Assembly (NCBI GenBank): GCA_964016885.1
Contig: OZ024744.1
Span: 64,666,001-64,730,000, forward strand
DNA length: 64,000 nt
Source: Eledone cirrhosa
Taxonomy: Eukaryota
Direction of reading: 5' to 3'
Shown here: piece after piece, positions 1 to 12,756 of the stretch
Position numbering within the stretch: position 1 is the first letter of the stretch
Layout: each line of letters opens with the position of its first letter
Made by a program: the position numbers and the translations under genes
Notes under the pieces: model-generated
Seen by the model: the letters and a program-made list of their open reading frames with translations, nothing else
Database searches by the model: none
Told to the model about the DNA's origin: nothing

Positions 1-304
1 AGGTGCCGTAGTCGGTGGTCAGAGTCGACATCTTGTCCCGGTCGTCTTCTCCATCTTCTTCTGGTGTTGCGGGACCAGAAGTGTATTCTTGGAGGAGACC
101 TGCAGCTGCATCGGCCAATTCTTCTTGCACTGGTCATTCTGACGGAGCAGAACTGCTCAGCCAACCAACCCCAACCAGAACCAACCGCTCAGGGGCAACG
201 CACAATGAGAGCATGACAATTATTATGCACTAATCAAGAAGATACTGGGGCATAGCACAGGAACGAAAAAAAAATTTTTGCCACTAATATTATTGTAAAA
301 TTTT

Positions 305-405
305 TTATTTCTTGTCCAATTCTTTAAAGTTTTATCTTAGTTTCTTGTCCTATTCTTTTAAAGTTTTATTTTAGTTTCTTGTCCTGTATTTTTAAAGGTT
401 TATAT
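305..405. repeat. Degenerate ~35-bp tandem repeat, about 3 copies
   Basis: Unit ttttat(c/t)ttagtttcttgtcc...ttttaaag is repeated. Confidence 0.7.
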
Positions 406-937
406 TCCAACAATATTACTTTTTTTTGCTGTACGCATTTTTCTATCTGGTCTACTATTTTTTAAGGCAATGCAAGCAACAATTATCTAATAATTAAAAG
501 ATCATAGTGAATTACTGACAAGTGATTGACATTTTAAAGTTCTTTTGAGTATAATTGCAATCTAGTTGAGGCAACTGGCTTAATGACAAAGCTAGTAAAT
601 CATGAATGCATTTGAGATGATTAGTGCATAATAGTGAATTGGTGAAACTTGTGCATTTCAATGGTGTTACGGATAAAAACTGATACTGCTGTCTACGACC
701 TTTATATAGGATTGTCATGTTTCTCTGTATCTGCAATGTGGGTATACAAAATAAGAATTATGATATTAACTTTTATTTAAAATCCCAAAAAATGCTGTGC
801 ATGAAAACTTCAAAAAGTAATTCTATTTCTATTGATGACCTCTTAGTTGCTCATACTAATTTTGTAAAAGATTTCAAGCCAATAATCAGAATGATCTGGT
901 ATAATTTTTATGCAGATAAATGACTAATTAGTATAAA

Positions 938-1001
938 GGGCCATCCAGATATCATGTGGACACCGCGAACCAAAAATGGTCACATGATATCTGGATGGCT
1001 T
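938..1001. mobile_element. Miniature inverted-repeat element (hairpin), possibly with Zator-like TIRs
   Basis: Perfect 19-bp arms gccatccagatatcatgtg (940-958) and cacatgatatctggatggc (981-999). The GGGCCATCC terminus resembles Zator-type TIRs (inference). Confidence 0.45.
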
Positions 1002-1094
1002 CTAAGCATCCCCTCCACATGGCGGGGACATGGGTCATCATCGTGGAGCACTCACCTATTTTTAAAATATTAGACTATGATAAATGAATTTAGT

Positions 1095-1396
1095 TAAAAA
1101 TACAATTTGAAATATATTAGATTACCTCCCCTTGTAATTACCTCCCATAGCGTCACGCTTACTACTCACTCACTTGAACACAAGATTTATCAGCGAACTT
1201 TGATTATAAACTTTTTCCCGCTGGACCAAATTTCTAGATTTTTAAGCTAAAAGATGCGTAATGATCTACTGTTCATGCTCATATAAGTTTTATCTCAGTT
1301 AAATAAAGTAGAGCCGCGCTGTACTGTCGTAAACAGACGATTGCCAACGAAAACACGACCACAACAATATTACTAAACGGACTACCGTCCGTTTAG
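1095..1396 (+). mobile_element. Possible Helentron/DINE-like non-autonomous element 3' end
   Basis: Terminal 10-bp stem-loop ctaaacggac-tacc-gtccgtttag (1373-1396), preceded by gacga/acgac-rich sequence. The start coordinate is a guess. Confidence 0.35.
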
Positions 1397-1559
1397 GATG
1401 TGCGTGGTTTTGTATACATATGGCAAGTGTTTTCGCGTATGCTCGTGTATGTACGTATTTGCATGCGTGTATGTATTTATTTAATTTCTATTACCTCTGT
1501 ATGGTATTTTATTTACTTTATTCTTAACTCTGAAGCGGAGATTCATTGGGTTTCCTAGT

Positions 1560-2070
1560 TAGAATTTTAGTCTACGACTTCAGCTATACTATTTACGTGG
1601 TTTTGTCTTTGCGTGCAATTGTTCTCCAGGCTCCACATATGACGTATTATCTTCGTTTTTTCCGTTCATTGCCAGAGAACGTCTCTATGAACCACCTAAG
1701 AGAACATTAGTCTACGACTTCTTTTATACCATAAATGTGGTTCGGTCTTTGCGCGTATTTGTTTTTCACCGCTCCTATTAATGACGAGGTTGACTTTGCC
1801 TTTCATCCTTACGGGGTCGATAAAATAAAGTACCAGTAATGCACTGGGTAATTGCTGGCATTGTGCCTAAAGTAGAAACAATTATATTCGTTTTTTCCCG
1901 TTCTTTGCCAGCGAACGTTTCCACAAACCAAAGTATCGTCTTCCTGTCTTCCTCCGGTTGCAACGTTTTTTGAAATATCCAGTTCTGCGTTTACAGATTG
2001 ACTTTGTTAGTTTCAGAAGATCCCGTTAAGGGTGAAAGCAGCGATTTTTTGCTTAAACTTTAATCTGTTA

Positions 2071-2078
<8 letters not shown>
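1560..2078 (+). mobile_element. Fragment of the Helitron-like family at 43030-44247, with internal subrepeats and a SINE insertion
   Basis: 1920-2078 matches 43570-43720 and 43968-44082 (ttctgcgtt...gaagatcccgttaagggtgaaagcagcgatt). Confidence 0.65.
1783..1883 (+). mobile_element. SINE family A, 3' part
   Basis: Core gaggttgactttgcctttcatccttacggggtcgataaaataaagtaccag...gtagaaacaatt. Confidence 0.85.
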
Positions 2079-2102
<24 letters not shown>

Positions 2103-2142
2103 GTAATAATAATAAATTTCAAGACTAAAATCCAAAGAGGGC

Positions 2143-2275
<133 letters not shown>

Positions 2276-2457
2276 TACTTAGGTTAATAGGAGTTAGGTA
2301 TTATATACCCGTGTCCCATTAAGGTATTGGCAGCATAATAATTAACTCTATGCTTTGGAGCAGAGCCGTATATATGAAAAAGAACACAAGAGCGTCTACA
2401 ACATCAAAAGATTTATATATATGATTTATTATTTATGTTAATTTGCTTATTATTATA

Positions 2458-2648
2458 TGGATTGGCAGTATCGGTAGAGGGTCGGACGCCATGCTTTGAA
2501 GCATAGAGTTACCTCCATGTATGATCTGAGTTCAAATCCCGCCGAGGTTAACTTTGCCTTTCATCCTTACAGGGTCGATAAAATAAAGTACCAGTAATGC
2601 ACTAGGTAATTGCTGGCCTTGTGCCAAAAGTAGAAACAATTATTATTA
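2458..2648 (+). mobile_element. SINE family A (tRNA-derived, ~190 bp), near full length
   Basis: A-box-like tggcagtatcgg, B-box gagttcaaatcc and (att)n tail. About 20 similar copies occur in the window. Confidence 0.9.
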
Positions 2649-2649
2649 T

Positions 2650-3760
2650 AGTAAATTTTAGAATGATATTGCATGCTATTGTTATCTATGTATTTAATTT
2701 TATTCATGCAACCAGCTCTATGTAGAGCATCATTGTAATATTCTGCCTTATTATCAAACATATTTTTATTGGCTGAAATGTGTGATATTCTTTGCTGGAC
2801 ACTATTGACAATAGCATTTTCAACATTTCTAGGATGGTTAGAATGGAAGCTTACATAGTTTAGGTTTTCATTCATCTTATGGAAAGGGTAATATAGTCCT
2901 GAGCTAAAGTTTAAAGTGACATCTAAGAAGTTGACAATTTTATTATTATTCTCAATTTCTAATTTAAGGTTATAATTATTGAAAAATTCTATGATAATTT
3001 TCTTTTTTCTACTAATTTCGCTATTGCTATGGTTATCAACTATAAGTAACATATCGTCGCGATATAAACCTCCGGCCACCCCCGGCATTTTTCTATGTAG
3101 TACGTTAAGAATAAATATTCCAACGAGGTTTGTTACCTGCGCTGAGTCAGATGATGCTATTGTGATATCAAAATTGTTCTGTCTATCAGCCCTAGTCCAG
3201 AGGTGGTTATTAAATTCTATCAGTTAAAATAATATTTATTTCATCGCTAGATAAGTCAGTATATTTTGAAGCGTAAATTAGTGCCTTATTAAGTAAGTTA
3301 AGGGCAATTGAAGAGTAGTAATTAGCAATATCCATTTGTATAAATTTTTTTTCTATGTTTTAATTTAATGTCTGCGAACCAATCGATTACTTCGTTTGTA
3401 CCGTTCCAGAGTTTAAGTGTGATTTATGTTTAAGTACTGGTATGATCCTATCAAGTTTGCTAATTATACCTAAATCAGATTTAGATGGTGCAATAAGTCT
3501 GACTGTTAGTTTCGCTTCGCAATTTTTTTTGTGGTCCTTCATATTTATCTTCGGTATGAAAGGTTCAGTCCTATTTTGAATACCTAATTTGTAAATAATT
3601 TCCGAAGCTTCTTTATTTAGAGTTGATAGATCTTCATTAGAGGTTTTTTTATAATTCTTTTTAAGTTCTTTCAATATTAATATTTGCTCTATGGTTTTAT
3701 ATATATTTATATATATATTATCCTTATAGAGCCCTCTTCGGATTTTAGTCTTCACATTTA
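2650..3760 (-). pseudogene. Degenerate Penelope-like element reverse transcriptase
   Basis: ORF fragments contain GLYRDD, VNFLDVTL, YVSFHSNHP and KDHK...VRLIAPSKSDLG, which are PLE RT motifs. Frameshifted. Confidence 0.85.
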
Positions 3761-3844
3761 TTATTATTAATAGTAATTATTAAAAGTACCAGTAATGCAC
3801 TGGGTAATTTGCTGGCCTTGTGCCTAAAGTAGAAACAATTATTA

Positions 3845-3881
<37 letters not shown>

Positions 3882-4008
3882 AAAGTTACATTTAAATTGT
3901 TGGGTTACAACTAGTAAATATTAATAACTGATATAAAAGCACTCGACAAGTATTTGGAGTATATTTACGATATTAAATAAATGGAAACTATATTTATAAA
4001 ACCATATT

Positions 4009-4074
4009 TATTTCATTATATATATTTCAGGGATATCATATTAACAATATGCTATGCCTTCCTCAGACAAAATA
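4009..4074 (-). ncRNA. Minimal type I hammerhead ribozyme
   Basis: Minus strand reads tattttgt-CTGAGGA-agg...catatt gtt aatatg...cct-GAAA-T-ATAT-ATA-atgaaata. Stems I and II pair and the stem III region is palindromic. Confidence 0.7.
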
Positions 4075-4092
4075 CAATATAAACAGTTTTAT

Positions 4093-5941
4093 AGATAAAT
4101 AGATTTGACATACCGTACAACATCGACTTGTATTTGAAAAGTTGAATTGGCAGTGAAAAAATTGTAAACAGAGAGAAAGAAATAGTGATAATAGCATAGA
4201 TAATATACAAGTTAACAAATATAACTGTAGAGATAGATCTAAATGTCCGTTAAATAACAACTGCTTAGTTAAAAATATAGTATACAATTGTAATGTTAAA
4301 ACTGATTCTAATTCTTTTAACTACGTCGGTTCCACATCGACGGAATTTAAACTTCGCTATAATAACCACAAGAATTCTTTCACAGATCCAAGCAAAAAAT
4401 CTTCAACGGCACTATCAGGCGTACTCTGGCAACTTAAGCTAGATAACGTTAGATATTCGACGGCTTGGAATATAGTCTCAAGAGGGATTCCTTTTAATTC
4501 ATCCTCTGAGACATGTGACCTCTGCGCAGAGGAGATATTCTTTATACTAAAATCTAAAAATTCCCTTAATCTACGGACAAATTTATTCAGTTGCTGCAAA
4601 CATAGATTAAACTCAACTTTTAAATATAAATTTAAATTTAAAATGTAGTATATTTAGTTTGATTTATAATTATTTGGAAAACTAGCCGATAAATCTTTCG
4701 ATTTCTTCTTTTTATTCTTCTTTTTTTATTTAAACATTCTTCATGAAAAATTAAACTACCCTAAAAGTTGATGCTCCAAATATTTCGAATAAACGTTACA
4801 CTAGATAAACTTCTATATTAAATATAAGAACACATGTAGACCAAATGTGCATCCTAAACTTTTTGAAATGATTTTTGCTAGATGCGATTTGATAAATAAT
4901 TTTTAGCTTTATCTGTTTTCGACTCTGATGCTTATAATGAACTTGACAATATATTGTCAATTAATTTTGAAGGGTTGATCTTTGTGGTTTATTTTTATTA
5001 TTGTAGTATTTTCTAATATTTTTTATTTTTAATATGTAATATTTTTAATATGTAATATTTTTTCGTAATATTTTTTAGTTTTTCTATTTTATTATTATTT
5101 ATTTATTATTATTATTATTGTTGTTTTTTGGTTTTTGTTTCTGATATATTTTTTTTATTAATATATTGAAATCTGCTCTCTATTTCTGCTTGATAGATAA
5201 TCTTGTAGAGTAAAGACATGAATAGTAGTAATATAGACTCTCTATATATATGTGTATATATATACACATATGTGTATACTTAAATTTTTATAGCACAATG
5301 AGAATGTTTTCCGTGTGAATTTAGGGTTTGCAGAGTTGATCATGTAAATTCACATCGATGTTTGTAGTTATCATATAAACATATGAATTTTTTAAAACTA
5401 AACATAAGATCATTACTTTTCACACATTATGGATACGTGTCTCATTCAGGAATACTGATATTTTCAATATAGTGCCTGGTTTTTATACATATTAATACTT
5501 CTACATTAAAACATAGGGTTTTTATGCCTCGCCTATGTCTGGTTACTTTTCATTTTTCTCTCTATACAACAGCTGGTTTCTCTCCTAACCACATATATCT
5601 CCCTTACATTAATACTAGAGCTAAATAAATAAATAAATAAATAAATGTATCATTGATACGTTTACTCAACGGATGTCCAACTACATATTTTTCTATATAT
5701 ATATCTATCTCTATCTATTTCCTCTCTCTCTATATATCTCTCTCTGTTTCTTTACATGAAGTTCTTCTCTTTATCTATCTTTCCATCTCTCTATTTTGTT
5801 CCATGCATTTCTTCTTTTTCTTCTTTTTCTTCGTTTTCTGTCTTTCATTTCTTTTTTTCTCTCTTTCTTTCTCTCTGTTTACAATTTTTTCACTGCCAAT
5901 TCAACTTTTCAAATACAAGTCGATGTTGTACGGTATGTCAA

Positions 5942-5951
<10 letters not shown>
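4093..5951. repeat. ~88-bp inverted repeat pair (4093-4182 and 5864-5951), probably inverted pLTR segments
   Basis: atagatttgacataccgtacaacatcgacttgtatttgaaaag... and its reverse complement. The left copy adjoins the HHR at 4009. Confidence 0.8.
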
Positions 5952-5975
<24 letters not shown>

Positions 5976-5980
<5 letters not shown>

Positions 5981-6057
5981 AAGATGTTTAACCCCGACGG
6001 CAGAGCTCAAGCCGTTTCGACGGCTATTTCTGGACTCGGGGTTAAACATTTTCCTAT
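5976..6057. other. 82-nt hairpin with a UUCG-capped inner stem, between (TA)n tracts
   Basis: Outer stem ataggaagatgtttaaccccga / tcggggttaaacattttcctat; inner stem agccgt-TTCG-acggct. Confidence 0.75.
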
Positions 6058-6128
6058 TACCCACTCTACTAAGTATTGAGTACTCTGGTGCGTTATGGTC
6101 CATCTGGGTCCTTACCACACTTCCTTCG

Positions 6129-6208
<80 letters not shown>

Positions 6209-6811
6209 GTATATATATGTTCTGTGATACGGTAAAACTATTACGACTGGAAATTTAGAAATTGGATTAAACTCTGAACTGCCTTTTGCCAATCTCACTG
6301 TGGACAATAAAATCATATTAAGAGATTTGAATAATAACACTTTGTCTTTATATGGTTGTATTATCAACTCATCTAATCTACCTTATGTGTTTGTGTGTGT
6401 GTGCGTGTGTGCGCTTATGATTTAGCTTTTATGTGTCTGAAAGACTGTGCGTAGTGTGTGTATATTTATGTTAGGGAATGCTATTATATAAGAGAATGTG
6501 TTTATCCTGTGTATGTACGTCCAAATAAATAATTCAGCGAATATTGCGTATGCTAAAGCTAGAAAGTCCAGCCGAAGTTGAGTCCGTGGGCGTGGAGTGG
6601 ATTCAGAATGTATAAAGCCGTAACTGGCAAGCAATCCACCATCGGGTTGGTTTAGTGGACAGACGAAATACCTAGTGAAGTGTTGTGACGATCTATATAT
6701 GTGATGTTTCATTGCATCACAGTTCAAACATCAACTGAGAGGACATCTCAATTTTAAGCAAAGGTTGCATTTACTTGTTAGATTTTCGCTTTAAAGACTT
6801 ATCAGTTACCA

Positions 6812-7366
6812 CAGGGGCGGTGGATCTGGGGGTACGGGACCAGCCCCTCCCCACCAATAATTATATTTTTCTCCCCGAACTACCAAAACACACATCTATT
6901 TGTATATGTGCTACAATTTATGTACATATGTTTATCGCATATCGAAGTTATTTAATAGATATTTAATAATTGTTTCTACTTTTGGCACAAGGCCAGCAAA
7001 TATTTCAGTGCATTACTGGTACTTTATTTTATCTACTCCGTTAGGATGAAAGGCAAAGTTAACCTTGGCGGGATTTAAACTCATAATGTAAAGGGCAATA
7101 ACTCTATGCTGTAAAGCATGATGTCTGACGTTCTACCGATACTGCCATTCCATTTTTTAATAATTGTTTCTACTTTTCATTTTTTAATAATTGTTTCTAC
7201 TTTTGGCACAAGGCCATCAATTACCCAGTACATTACTGGTACTTTATTTTATCGACCCCGTAAGGATAAAAGGCAAAGTCAACCTCGGCAGCTAAACTAA
7301 TCACTACAATTAAATTGACCAAATTTGCCACCCCGCTCCAATTCAGAAATGCTTCCACCGCCCCTG
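6812..7366. mobile_element. hAT-like MITE containing two SINE A copies (6965-7150 and 7188-7290, minus strand)
   Basis: TIRs caggggcggtgga / tccaccgcccctg; flanking duplication tatcagtt(a)cca. Confidence 0.7.
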
Positions 7367-7429
7367 TATCAGTTCCACTCTTTTGACTTTTCACAGGTGG
7401 GATATGGTTGGTCTTACTATGTAATATAG

Positions 7430-7700
7430 TGATCGGGTGGTAAATAGATTTACTTCACAATCACGAAGTCTCAAGTTCGATCGCTTGACATCTTGGGCAA
7501 GTGTCTTTTGCTGAAACTTCAGGTTGATCAAAGCCTTGTGAGGGAAAATTGGGTTGTAGGAAACTTGAAAGCCTGTCCTATGGACTGTACCTGTAATTCG
7601 AACGGGAGAATTCTGTTACTGACTGTGTCATACTGATTCTGTTTAGGGATTCGTGGAATACTCAACCACTATAATTCAACGAGTAAAAATGACAGTTCAG
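7430..7700 (+). mobile_element. tRNA-derived SINE family B; related copies at 32930-33125 (-), 37690-38050 (-) and 62895-63180 (+)
   Basis: tRNA-like head (gtggt...agttcgatc), ttgggcaagtgtc core, and a downstream cctgtaattc...ggaatactcaa motif shared with some copies. Confidence 0.55.
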
Positions 7701-7729
7701 TTGACCAAACAAGTGACAGAAATATATAC

Positions 7730-9070
7730 GTTGATAGTGTGTTTAGCCCAGTTTAGACTAAGCAATCAAAGATATATGACAAAAAAAGCGTTCCAGCTAT
7801 GACCATCCTGTCTTTTCCCGACAGTTTATTTTGGAAAATATTATTCAATGTGTCTATTATAATGGTTTCTGATTTAGGCACAAAGCCAACAATTTTAGGA
7901 CATGGGAAAGTCGATTAAATCGATCCCATTATTTTACTGGTAGTTTATTTATCGACCCCGTAAGGATGAAAGGCAAAGTTAACCTCGGCGGGATTTGAAC
8001 TCAGAACGTAAAGGACCATAACCATGCCATGGCCCTTTACGTTTTGAGTTCAAATTGTTGATAGTGTGTTTAGCTCAACTAAGCCTAAACAAGCAAAGAT
8101 ATATTACCAAAAAGCGTTCCAGCTATGACCATCCCATCTTTTTTCAGACAGTCTATTTAGGAATATATTATCCAATGTATCTTTTATTATAATATACTTA
8201 GATACGATTTGAGGGAAATTTGTCTGTTGTTTCTAGAAGGTTGAACAACATTAGTTCTTTAGTAGGTAGGTTGATAGGCGGGTAGATGGTTGATGTTTAG
8301 TCCCCTATCAGCTCTATCCAATAGATCTATCATCGAAGGCATTCCAACCATGACCATTCTGTCGTTTTCTGGGTGCATGGGAACCAAGAATCATATCACG
8401 TTCTTTTCTAAGGCGGTAAGGTGTGATTTAAAGGAAATTCGTCTGTTATTTCTACAAAGTCTAGCTACCATTCAGAAATTACCTCCAAATATATATATAA
8501 GATATAAAGGTCCAATTGAAGAGAGATTTGGTTATTATTTCTAACAGGCCTAGTCTTCTTCGTTAGCTCATAGATATATGCATTCATGACTACACCTAAT
8601 ACTCCCCTCCATAAACACGCACACATGTATACCATGACTCATACACTATTCACTTCCCTGACATTTGTACATTATTCTATGTACTATACATGCACCTTTG
8701 ATGAGTTGTAGTGCACCTGAGCACTGTACAAAATAAAGAAACCATTATTATATTATATTATGACATTAGCGAGTACAGGAGATGTGAACAAGTGTATTTA
8801 TCTATTGAAGCATTCATATTGGCTCATACTACATTACAAAAGACAGTAAGGTGTGATTTGAAAGAGTAATTGGCTACTATTTCTAGCAGGTCAAGCAATC
8901 AGTTCAGCTATGGTTGATCAGACTTATGATCAAAAGCATTTCGGCGATGTTCAGCAGGTCGTTTTGCACACTGGTTAGTGTGTCCTTCCTTTTTTTAAGA
9001 CGATAGAGTGTAATCTCAGTGATTTTCTCTGTTATTTCTAGTCAGTCGAGAGACTGCATAGAGAAACCCT
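7730..9070. repeat. Cluster of an unclassified interspersed repeat, with a SINE A variant at 7860-8025
   Basis: 7730-7860 resembles 8057-8190. The motif ggtgtgattt...tatttctag recurs near 8420, 8850, 9010 and 11350. Confidence 0.55.
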
Positions 9071-9357
9071 TGGTTTCATAGCGGAAATAAAATGGGTTCA
9101 TGTTACTTCAATGTAGTTATATATCTTCTTTAAGTTTACTTCGTTAGTGTTTTTAATGCACTATAAGTTGATGTTAATGGGTGTGAAGATGGGGCACGTT
9201 AGATTAGAGTAAACAAGGGATTTAGAAGGAATATATGTGTGTAGCGAGAGAGAAATGAAAGCAAGAGAATGTGATAGAAAGGTTGAGGGAGAGAAGGATA
9301 TTGACACACATTAACACAGAGGGGCGAAAAAATAGTATGTGTGTATATATATATATA

Positions 9358-9655
9358 TAGTGTACCCCTGGCATTCGCGGTTCCGGTTATTCGCGAAATT
9401 TTCATTAGAACCTAACGTGGAAACCACCGTATATTCGCGAAATCATAAATATTTTCCGCGATTTCGTATCCCTTTTTTCGTGACAATATATATTTTTTCA
9501 CGCTTTTTAACGCTAAATTATTAATAACAATATATCGTATTTGCCGGTCTATATTTTACGTTATATTTTGACGTTTATAGACATTTTTATGGGCCATGTC
9601 CACTATTCGCGGGTGCTCTAGGCACATAACACCCGCGAATACAGAGGGAAAACTA
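9358..9655. mobile_element. Tc1/mariner (Tigger-like) MITE
   Basis: Imperfect TIRs tagtgtacccctggcattcgcgg / ccgcgaatacagagggaaaacta, with TA flanks. Confidence 0.7.
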
Positions 9656-9669
9656 TATATATATACACT

Positions 9670-9718
<49 letters not shown>

Positions 9719-9992
9719 AATTAGCTTCTAGATATCTCAATACAGACAGACTCAACAAATGATAGAATGATAGTTTGATTTCTATAAACGCAACTACTCT
9801 ATTGGTTGAGTCAGGAGAAAAAAAATGGGGGTGTTTGGTGGTGTTTGGTTTTGTTTTACTCCCGCCACTAAATGGTCGTTAGTATTGCTAGATATCGTCC
9901 TGAAATAAACTCCTCCATCTCTTTAAAATAACACACATTAGATAGTATGCATGTAATTCTGGTTGCACCTAATAAAACAATATATGTATGCA

Positions 9993-10047
<55 letters not shown>

Positions 10048-10131
10048 TCTGGGAATGTATCTTACATTGCCCATGGGGTACGCTGAGATACAACCGGTAC
10101 TAGCATTGATAAATATGCTGGGTCCGTCAGC

Positions 10132-10209
<78 letters not shown>

Positions 10210-10213
<4 letters not shown>

Positions 10214-10410
10214 GTGTTAAACAATATTCGATGAGTATGTAAAAAAATGAGTTTTACAGTAGATTGGAAGCACTCAACGCTAAAAATTATTTTCCGGAGT
10301 TATTAATATTAAAATATAAATATTAATAAAATAGATGTTCTTTTGATCAATTACATTTTATTATGCATATTTCGGATGTACAACAGTACGTCCTCATCAG
10401 ACAAAATATA
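10210..10410 (-). mobile_element. PLE pLTR-like unit; direct copy at 12058-12250
   Basis: Two highly similar ~190-bp copies, each beside (TA)n and carrying an HHR core. Confidence 0.7.
10352..10410 (-). ncRNA. Minimal type I hammerhead ribozyme
   Basis: tatattttgt-CTGATGA-ggacgtac tgtt gtacatcc-GAAA-T-ATGC-ATA-ataaaatgta. Stem I is 10 bp with G-U pairs. Confidence 0.8.
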
Positions 10411-10522
10411 ATTGTTTCTACTTTAGGCACAAGGCCAGCAATTACTCAGTGCATTACTGGTACTTTATTTTATCGACAAAATATAATGATACATGACATA
10501 CCCTGAGATGTTAATCAAGGTA

Positions 10523-10588
<66 letters not shown>

Positions 10589-10594
<6 letters not shown>

Positions 10595-10679
10595 TAATAT
10601 AGAACTGTTTCATTCGAAGAAATGATTTCTTTCGAATGAAACAGTTCCATTCCAGTAGAAGCCTTCTATATTAAATATT
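10589..10679. repeat. Nested palindrome next to (TA)n
   Basis: Outer arms aatatttaatatagaa / ttctatattaaatatt; inner arms gaactgtttcattcgaagaaat / atttctttcgaatgaaacagttc. Confidence 0.8.
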
Positions 10680-10743
10680 GTATATACTCTAGTATGTATG
10701 GAGTACCTAACTTATTGTGGTTACCCCCGATTGAACCTGGTAT

Positions 10744-10791
<48 letters not shown>

Positions 10792-11828
10792 GGGTACAGT
10801 TGGAATGTCTTTTAATCATACAGGTCTGCTCAATTGGGACCGTGTGTCTTGAAGGAAAACAAAAAACTCCATAAACTGTATCCAGTGAAACCTAGCAATA
10901 TTAATTTTAATCGTGTTCAAATTATGATGTAGCTATGTATACACACACACTCGCGTATGTGTATGTGTATGGGTGGGTGTGTATGTATGTGCGCGCGCGC
11001 GTATGTAAAAGCTATTTACTGTTTCATTACAGTCATGGTTTTCTAAAAAGATAATATGATGTTTCACGTGTTTTTATGTCGTTTGTTATTTTGGTTGGGG
11101 CGTGCGGAGGTAAGGTCTGGGGTTAGTGGAGTGACGTTACCGCGAGCTTTTACATCTTTCACAAACTTTTTCAAAATGTTTCAGTGAGGCAAACAACACT
11201 GGTAGATAGATAGATATTATGTTTAGTTTTAAGCAGACCTATAATCAAATGTATTCCGCCTTTTCCTTGTGCAGGGAATGTTGGCTCACGTTATCCGGTG
11301 TATCTGCTTTTTATTAAAAAACAAAACAAAATTATTTTGATATCTAGGGTGTGACTTGAAAGATACTCGGCTACTATTTCTAGCAGGCCGAACGACCAAG
11401 TAGCGGCTCCTTCGTTGGCTTGTACTATAGATAGGTAAGATGCCTGTTAGCTTTGAGTCGGGAGTCATAGAAGCGGTTGTAGTATTCAAGTATTTTGTAA
11501 GAAGAAACGAAAGACAAACATGCAGCACACACACAAACAACGAAAATAAAAACAAAAACAAAAACAAACTAGAATTAGGTACCGAGATATAGTTTATATG
11601 CGAAATAAAGTGTGCAACTTCTGCCATCACCATCATCATGTGTAAGGTGCGGCTATTACATTTAGGACAGACAGCGGGTGGTAACAGCTCAGATGAAGTG
11701 TATTTTCAATACATTAGCCTCATTTTACAACATTAACACATTTATAATATAAGAGTTGTATATAGACACACGCACACATAATTTGGAGCGTACTTTAAAA
11801 ATAAATATGAAGTCGTTTATAGCTTATT

Positions 11829-12010
11829 ATTGGCAGTATCGGTAGAGAGTCGGACGCCATGCTTTGACGCATAGAGTTACGGCCCTTGCCATTCTGAGTT
11901 CAAATCCCGCCGAGGTTAACTTTGCCTTTCATCCTTACGGGGTCGATAAAATAAAGTACCAGTAATGAACTGGATAACTGCTGGCCTTGTGCCATAAGTA
12001 GAAACAATTA
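11829..12010 (+). mobile_element. SINE family A
   Basis: Near full-length match to the family. Confidence 0.9.
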
Positions 12011-12199
12011 TATATATATATATATTATAACTTAGGATGATTATATATATATATATATTAAAGAGTTAAACAAGATTCAATGAGTATATCAAAGAATGAG
12101 TTTTACAGTAGATTGGAAGCACTCTACGAAAAAATAATTTTCCAGAGTTATTAATATTAAAATACAAATATTAATAAAATAGATGTTCTTTTGATCAAT

Positions 12200-12250
12200 T
12201 ACATTTTATTATACATATTTCGGATGTACAACAGTACGTCCTCATCAGAT
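12200..12250 (-). ncRNA. Hammerhead core, copy of 10352, with the 5' strand of stem I lost
   Basis: CTGATGA-ggacgtactgttgtacatcc-GAAA is intact. The upstream stem I strand is replaced by the adjacent unit. Confidence 0.55.
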
Positions 12251-12643
12251 GAGATCGTAAGCAACGTATACCTTCCTGCCAGATTGTTGAACGTATATAC
12301 TTACCTTATGCATATTAACGGCTGAGTAGCCCAATTTGTATATCGAGTGGGTTAATCGGCCGGGTGCACCGAAAACGATAAACGGAAAAAATGAAACGAA
12401 ATTTCATTTCCCACTCTTAGTACGGCTGTTACTTAAATATAAGTATGTACACGTACATACATATATGTATACAGACGTACAGTAGTATGTATATATATAC
12501 ATACATGCACACATATATATATGTACGTATGGATTCACCGAATATTTATTATAATGCTCGCTGTGTTCGTAAACAAACATCCCGTATTAAGCCGTAGTGT
12601 CCAGCAACCATCGTTGCTCGTTTGTTCAACACTGACAAAGAAA

Positions 12644-12684
12644 CGCTGTACTAGTTTCAAGCTTATTAGCTATCGTCAGCAACG
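12644..12684 (-). ncRNA. Minimal type I hammerhead ribozyme
   Basis: cgttg-CTGACGA-t agct aata agct t-GAAAC-TA-GTA-cagcg, with palindromic ACTAGT in stem III. Confidence 0.8.
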
Positions 12685-12715
12685 TATACCTTCCTGCCAG
12701 ATTGTTGAACGTATA

Positions 12716-12756
12716 CGTTGCCTACGATAGCTAATAAGCTTGAAACTAGTACAACG
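12716..12756 (+). ncRNA. Degenerate hammerhead (mirror copy, core CCTACGA)
   Basis: Mirror of 12644, with the conserved CUGA box mutated. Confidence 0.55.

Noticed and set aside
15-233. 72-aa ORF at the window edge
   Set aside because: No recognisable motif; truncated context.
2458-2545. tRNA gene
   Set aside because: The A/B boxes belong to a SINE head; there is no complete cloverleaf.
4924-4975. ctgatgc followed by the hairpin ttgacaatatattgtcaa
   Set aside because: Core boxes are not intact, so it cannot be called an HHR.
5653-6367. ORFs rich in YI/IY, CV and MYVC repeats (also 14420-14833, 21852-22358 and 42283-42770)
   Set aside because: Translations of (TA)n, (CA)n and (ATGT)n microsatellites.
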